NCBI GenBank assembly: GCA_964035545.1
Contig: CAXIUT010000145.1
Span: 1 to 41,107 of the forward strand
Source of the DNA: Bugula neritina
Taxonomy: Eukaryota > Animalia > Bryozoa
Length of the DNA stretch: 41,107 bases
Direction: 5' to 3'
The notes beneath the pieces were generated by a model. That model was not told where the DNA came from. It searched no databases and worked only from the letters and a program-made list of their open reading frames with translations. The position numbers and the translations under genes were made by a program. Of the stretch, positions 33,771 through 41,107 are shown piece by piece (positions within the stretch are counted from its first letter, which is position 1; each line of letters starts with the position of its first letter).

Positions 33771-36700
33771 TCATAAGGTGATATCAGTGGTTATTTTGCT
33801 GAAATTTCCTTTATTGAAATATTAGTGGGTTGGTTTTTGTAGTTGTTAATTCTATTTTTTTAGTTCTTATAAATATCTTTATAGCTTCTTATTTCTAACT
33901 TATCCATGCCTATTTATTCTCTTTAATTAACTATTTTATTATATCAAGATTTCCATTTGATTTTATAATTTATTGTATGCTTTTATAACTTCTTTTAGCT
34001 AGTATATTACATCCTTTGTTTTATCTTTTTATCTCAAATAAACCTCTTTGAATTTAGACATCTATTCATTGAATAGCTATATCATCTATTCTTTTTAATT
34101 TACATACTGGTTTATTTCATCTGTTTATCTGCTCTTCTATTTCTTCATATTATTCTATAGTTATTCTATCTTTTATCTTAATTCTTTTCCATATTTTTAT
34201 CTTATTTACTCTTATCTTCCATATCTTCCATATCTTACTTCTGATTCTCTTACGTATCTTGCTTCTGACTATCTTCCATATCTTGCTTCTGACTATTTAA
34301 TTTATTTTATTTACTATTCTTTTCTTTTGATGGTTTATTATTTTTAAATAATGATGAGTTATTGATTGCAAATGGTTGATTTATTCAAGGATAGTTATTA
34401 TTTCAACTTGATGATTTATACTTCTAGTGGTTTAGTGACTTTATTATAGACTGGTTATGATAGATATTATTATAATTTAGTTTTCAATATTTATACTTCA
34501 TTATTTAATCTTGATATTCTATCTTATTTTATAGCTAGTTCTTGTTCCAGGTGTTTTAATTTAGCTAGAGTTGATAGTTTATATTTTTATAGTTTTGAGC
34601 TGGACTCAACCAAATCATCTTGAAGTGACCTATTCTAGCTTAGTAAATTCTTATTTTATCTTCTCTTTAACTCATTTTATCTCTATTTCTGCCTTATATT
34701 ATCTCCATATTCTAGAATTTTACTATTGCCACTATTCTTTGACTTACTTATCTCTTTGAATTCTTACTCATAAGCGATCATGATCTATTTAATTGATTTT
34801 TAGGTTTTTAAGAGTTATTGATTAAGTTGTTAATTTTATAGTTTTAGATGATGGGTTTATTGATTGTATCTGCCTATTTATTGCTTTAGTCTGATCACTA
34901 TTTATTACTTATCTGTTAGTTTAGTTTGATAGTTTTAGATAAGTTATTATTTTTGTTTTAATATGAGGTCATGTTTTTGTAGTTCTAGTTTAGTTTATCT
35001 TTGCAGATGTTAAATAGATTATTTGAGTTGTATATTCTCGATATCTCTATATTTAGTTAGTTTATTATTATTTATTCTTAATTATTATATTTAATTATAT
35101 TATTTTTATAGGGTTTAATATTTTTGTAGAATACTTAATTTATCTTTTTATTGTTAAAAATGATAATATTTCTAATTCTTTACCTCCTAACTCAAACATC
35201 TCAACTTATCTTCAAGTTATAAGTATTTTTATCCCATTATTATAAGTTAGCTCTCTTTCTCTCTATATCTACTATTTATCTTTTAGGATTCCTCTCTATA
35301 TTCTAATAACTACAGTTCTACTTTTTACTAATAGTTTCTAAACTACTGTTTATTTTTTACAAATTGTTTCTGCAGTATTTTATATTTTTGGTTTATTTGT
35401 TTTGTTTTTAGTTATTATAATTTAATATGTTCTTTTAGTTTGTCTTAGATATCTTTTTATTTTTGTAGTTATAATGTTAGTCTATAAATAGACTAATCTT
35501 TTTACATATTGTCTATTACTAATTTTTAACATTTCTTTATATTCACTTTCTATTGTTATTCATTTATTTTCTTTAAATTCAATGTAAACTATTGCAAGTG
35601 TTAATTTTTTTATGATAATTAGCAGTTAGTATCACTGACTATTTTTATTTAAGACATCAATAATTAGATATTGTTGTTTTTTTAGTTTATTTTTTGTTTT
35701 AGTATATTAATTTATGATTAATTTTACTGGAGTAGTAGTTAGGTAAGGGTATATTTTTTTTATAGTTATTAATAAGCTACTTGAAGAGTATCTATTTTTT
35801 ACTATGACTCTTTGGATATAAAATCATAAGGAGTTACACTTTTTAAAGTGTCCATTCTTTGTAATTTAGGTGATTTTGGTTTATTATTTATTAATTTATT
35901 CTACTTATGATCTTTATCGCTTATTTTCATCATCGGGTACTACTCGATAGATTGGTCTTATTCTTTATTCATCAACTTCATCTTCAAATCCTATTTATCT
36001 GTCTACAACTGTAATATCTTATTTATCAAATCTAATGGCTCGTATGATTCATATTGTCTGACTGCAGGGTCCTCAATACTGATATGTTGGTAATAGTAAT
36101 CCTACTATGAATCTTCATTTCCCTCTATGTTTAGTCCTCTTTGTTGTTCTTCATTGGGTATTATTGACTATAAAACATCGATATGGATTTATGATTGTTC
36201 TGCTCTTTATTCTTTGTATTATTAGTCGAATTCAATTAGACTTTATTATAGATCTTATGATAGCTTTTTATTTTATTTACTATTATTAGGAAAAAATGAT
36301 TAATTTATCTAATCATTATGTTCCTTTATTGGATCTAATATTAAATTAGTACTTCCTGAAGGCATCTAGGAATCGACTGAAGGCAAATTCAACAATTTGT
36401 TTTGTTTCAATACTCTAACTTAAAGTAATTATGTCTTTTAGGATTGAGGTTTCGATGGGTCTACACTTTAAGAAGAATACTTCCTCGGCTTAGATGTCCT
36501 CTATATCTCTTAACTATTTTTTATTCGAGAAAATGACACTTTATTAAGAGTAACTTGACTTTTGTTTCTTTTATGAGGAGTTCTAACACTGAGAAAGGGG
36601 TCCATGTTATCCGAAAAGCTTTTAGATATGAAAGACTGATTTTAATTAGGCGAGTTGGGATTGCGTTGGAGAGCAGATTTAGGAGATTTGGGCGATCTGG

Positions 36701-39700
36701 GTGATTTAGGTTAGTTATAGCTATATTTTTATATAATTTGATTGAGTTAAATATTTTTTTGTTAGAGTTCTTTGATGCTCGAGAGATGAGTATTGATACT
36801 GGAGGTGAGTTTTTGATTTTAGATGTGTGTTTATTTTTATTTGACTTGAAGACAGGATATTTATCTTTAAAGTTGAATGATTTATCTTTCTTTATTAAAT
36901 TATTTATCTTTGAAATAAGAGATTTATTATTTTATTTATTTGTTTTAAATTTTACAATTTTACATTTATCTGGTTATAAATTTAATTTAGTGTTCTAGTT
37001 AGATATACTTATTTTACCAGTTATTGAGGGTAGTATTTTTTTATTTAATAATATAGTCATATTATTTGTAATCTTATTTAATATTTTCCTCTTTTTTTGT
37101 TAATTATTGTTATAGTAGATGATAGAATTATTTCTATTTTTCATATTTTTGGATAATAAAATTTAATCTGATAGTCTATTTTTATAAATCTTAGATATTG
37201 GATGATAATTATAGTACATTTAGTCTTAATATTTAATTTTATTTTTAAATGAATTATTTTTGTTTCATTTAATAGGAGAGCTATTCTTATAAACTTGATA
37301 TTAATATTTTTGATTATTATTTTTGTTTTATTTTTTAGTCTGATATTTATCTATTAGCTTACTACTTGTTTTATATCGTATTTTTAAGATTGAGGTTTTA
37401 ATTTATTTAGTCTGATATTTTATGTTATAGTTAGAATATGACTAATCTTAGCTTTTATATTTATTGACTTTTTAGCTTTTATATTTATATAAATTGATAA
37501 TTGCGTTACTATAACAAACTATTTATCTCCTATTCATTTCTTCTATGAGCTTATTTTATCTATTTTAACTCACTTCTCATCTTTCTTTCAGCCGCCTAGC
37601 AGTCCTCTATTATCTTAGACAATTCCTCATTTTGCATCTTAAGATCACTATTTTAAGTTATATTCACCTATAGTTATGATGAGACAGCTAATAATTAAGT
37701 TGATATTTCATTTATTTAATTTTACCTTTTTGTTAATTATTCCTCTACTCTTTGTAGTTATTTTTGTAATTTTTAGGATACTTCTAGTATAGTTTTGACT
37801 TATTATTTGTGTTATTTTTGTATGACTTAAGTTTGTTTCTATAATTAGTTTTATCTTTATTTATGTTGATGAACCATTCTTTATTTCTATCTTTTCTAGT
37901 TTGATATTTATCTTTACAATCCTCTTACTTTCTAATTAGTGGCTTTTAATTATATCATCTATCTTTATTTCTATGATAGCTTCTCCCTATATAGTGAATT
38001 CTTGTTATTTATATCTTATTTTGCTATTAATAACGATTGATTTCTCTCTGATATCACTTTTGATAATTAGTTTCTCCTCTTCTCAAACTATACTATTCTC
38101 ATCTATCGAAATTGATCCATTTTCTCATGTAAAGCTGATATTGCAGCTTTGTGTCTCTATTAAGACTCATCAATATTAGATTTTGATTTTTACAAATTGT
38201 TTACGATATTACTTCTAAAATTTAAATTAGTTTGCTTAAAGGCCTTTAAATAAGTTTGACTTTCTTTTGGTAAATTTTTAAGTAGATTCGGGTTTGATTT
38301 AATCATATCAATCATCGATACTAGTGAATCATGACTTGATTTATCTTGTTTATTTTTTATTTATAAAATTGGAACACTCAATCTTCCTTCTTCTATCGAC
38401 TGCACCAACTATATTTTATAAGTTAGCAACTATATTAGATATTATTAAACATCATTCATTTTTAGTAAAAATAATTCATGTTATTATTATATGAACATTA
38501 GTTTTTTTTATGATTTTTTTTTAATTTCTTTTTACTTCTATCTGATCCTTTTGACTATTTATTCTCTTTCAAGTAAAGCATCACTCTTTTTTTTTAATAT
38601 TTCTTATTGTTGAGTGGAAGTATTAGTTAACATATCGTAGTAGGTAATTATTTAATCAAAATATTTTTAAGTAGATTATTATATTTGTTGAAGTGCTTGT
38701 AAGAGAGTTGGATAGTAGAGGAGTTAAAACTAATTAACTTATTTATATATTTTTTTGAGTATTTATTTCATGTTATTTTTATATTATTCTTAAAGACCTT
38801 TATTTTTAATTTGTTTTCCTATTTAGTTCTATATCTTTAGAATAAACTGTTTCAGGTTATTATGTTGTTTATCTAAATCTGAATAATATTTTTTATGAAT
38901 ATCGTTTTATCTCTTATTGCTATTAGCTTTTGATGCCTATAAACCTAATTTTACTTTATCTTCTTTTATTTCAGCCAGCTAGATCTTTAATTTATTTATT
39001 TACTTCTAATTTATTTATAACTTCTTATCTTTTTATTGGAATTTATCTTTTAGTTATTTAAGTTATTGCTAACATTCTATATATTGTTATTTTATTTTAT
39101 TATAATTTGCTCCTTTTTATGCAAGTTGACTTATCTTCATAGCTTTTTACCCAGTCGTAAGTTATTTACATGTGTTTTTTAACATCTATTTTTATGTTTT
39201 TATTTCTGATAAAACCATTATTGATTTTCTATTTGCTCTTTAATATTATGATAGCTTTCTAACTAACTAACTTATTTAGGCTTTAGCTTATTTTAGTTCT
39301 TAAGCTATTGCTTTCTTTTAATGCACTAACTAATTATTAAAAATAGATAGTTGTTTTATTCTCATAATCACCTATGGACTGCCTTCAGCTCCTGATGATA
39401 TCATCTTTAGTGCAGTATTAGACAGTAGATTAGATTTCTATTATGAAAGTTATTGTATTTTTTACTAGAAATATAATTATTTTTTAATATGTTTAGCAAT
39501 GATATTGTCTTTCTTTTAAAGTTAGTGATTCAGATAGGATATTTATTTATCTTTGTTTTACATTTTAGCCAAGAAAAGAGCTTTATCTTATTTAGTCATA
39601 GCTGATTATCTCATCTTTTGTATTAATTGACTCATTTTAGTTGTTATTCCTTCTTCAACATTTTTATCTACTACATCATCTACTTACAAATGAGAATTAG

Positions 39701-40996
39701 ATCGATTTAACGATTACTTCATACCATATTACTAGTTTAGGTTTATTGACTTTTTTAAAAGTCCCGATCTCTTTAAGTTAGATTTTCTTTATAACAACTA
39801 TAATTCTTTATCTTATTTTAAAATAACTGAAGCTCTTCTTTTTCTTACTTTCTATTCAGGAAATAGCCTAAAAATATTCTTATTCTACTCAGGAAAAGAG
39901 TTCACTATTTAGAATTACTTTTATGTTTTTATATATTTTTATGTTTTTAAATGTTTTTATGTTTTAAAATGTTTTTAATTCTTTATCTTTATATCTTTTT
40001 AATTCTTGAGTTATATATCTTTTTAATTCTTTATTTATATATCTTTTTAATTCTTGAGTTATTTTTCATAGTTGGTGATACTTTTTTTGAGTATGAACAA
40101 GGTATCGACTTAAGCTAGTTTTTTTTATAATTTTTTTATTTTATCTGGATGATTGATTGAATTATTTTTGAGATAGTTGATGAGTATTTGATTGTTTTAT
40201 AATAATTTTTTATTTTAGATATCTAGGTATTCTATTTTATTTTTTAGATGTTAAAATTATGACATTTTGGAATGATATTCTTCTTGGATGGTTTATATTT
40301 ATTTGATATTTATATTTTTGGATGTTTATTTTTTATTGGTCAAAATATTTACATTGATATTCATGCCTGATTTTAAAGATTTAATATCATCGGTTATTCT
40401 TTTGTTTAATTGAGCATTTTGATTTAAAAGGTGGTCTATTTTTATACTTAGTTAGTTTATTAATTCATCTTTCTACTTTATGTATCTTGATAGTTCTTTA
40501 TTTTAACGCTGCAATTGTTAATAACTGTGATGATTTTTTAAATAAATTTCATTTCTTTTCTTCTATTATGAATCGAATTATAATTTGGTGACTACTTTGG
40601 TATTGCTATTGATAAATCTATAGTCTATATATCCTTTATTTCCATTGAATTTCTTTCTAAAAAGAGCCTTAGAATCAGTTTTAACAAATTTCTATCGGTT
40701 CATATTAAAAGTCACCTCTCCAACATCCATCTCCTCATAAAATACTTGTAAACTAATCTAAGTAAAATATAAAATACAATATTATCGCTATTAGTAGGTT
40801 TTCCATTGACTAGAGTATCAATAGCAAATAGCTAAAAAGGTTTATTGATGTGGGTGTAGGTTTCAGCACTGAAGTGATGCTATTTAGCTGAATTTTGGGT
40901 ATGAAATTGATAGAGATAGTTACTATTATACGTCATGGCTAATACTTGGACAGTCAACTATCTTTTTATGTAGGTTATTTAATCTGTCTGATTCAT
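33771..40996 (-). CDS. Giant coiled-coil protein (~2400 aa), probably cytoskeletal or basal-body associated
   Basis: ATG 40996, a 20-nt intron at 40758-40777 and TGA 33771-33773 are mutually in frame. E/K/L/I/Q heptad-like composition throughout and an SP-rich linker near 36640-36710. Continuity was spot-checked, not verified codon by codon. Confidence 0.7.
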
Positions 40997-41032
40997 AGAA
41001 TAAAATAATTATATATTTTATACTCATTTTCA

Positions 41033-41107
41033 GGGGTTGGGGTTGGGGTTGGGGTTGGGGTTGGGGTTGGGGTTGGGGTTGGGGTTGGGGTTGGGGTTGG
41101 GGTTGGG
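41033..41107 (+). repeat. Right telomere, (TTGGGG)n
   Basis: Perfect G4T2 repeats at the extreme 3' end. Confidence 0.97.

Noticed and set aside
1162-38179. Many short hydrophobic (F/I/L/Y-rich) ORFs in the supplied track
   Set aside because: Most are antisense shadows of K/E/N-rich genes or fragments produced by treating TAA/TAG as stops.
1-41107. Transposon, IES or Tetrahymena-type chromosome breakage sequence
   Set aside because: No transposase or reverse transcriptase motifs, long terminal inverted repeats or recognisable Cbs 15-mer were seen by eye.

Overview
This 41.1 kb window looks like a complete ciliate macronuclear chromosome, with (CCCCAA)n at 1-69 and (TTGGGG)n at 41033-41107. 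It is very AT-rich and gene-dense, with about 28 protein genes and one tRNA-Thr(CGU). In conserved proteins (CCT2, CCT6, UEV1/MMS2, AGC kinase, eRF3) TAA and TAG sit at conserved Glu positions and only TGA terminates. That is the peritrich-type code (NCBI table 30), so the supplied standard-code ORF track is fragmented and often misleading. Introns are tiny GT-AG elements, mostly exactly 20 nt. Recognisable genes are a p23/CS-domain protein, UEV1/MMS2, a divergent eRF3-like GTPase, an HSF-domain factor, a TMEM245-like protein, a Myb-domain protein, an ATP23-like pseudo-peptidase, a CRAL-TRIO protein, CCT6, CCT2, an AGC kinase, TCAB1/WRAP53, a small secreted Cys peptide and a ~2400-aa coiled-coil protein. 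The most striking feature is three internal, co-oriented TTGGGG tracts (12743-12799, 24932-25061, 32962-33049). They sit on short G-rich seed sequences, and two lie inside open reading frames with frame-preserving lengths. This suggests telomerase-templated insertion at rejoined breaks, or alternative telomere-addition sites collapsed by assembly. All translations and exon boundaries were worked out by eye and have not been checked against databases or RNA data.
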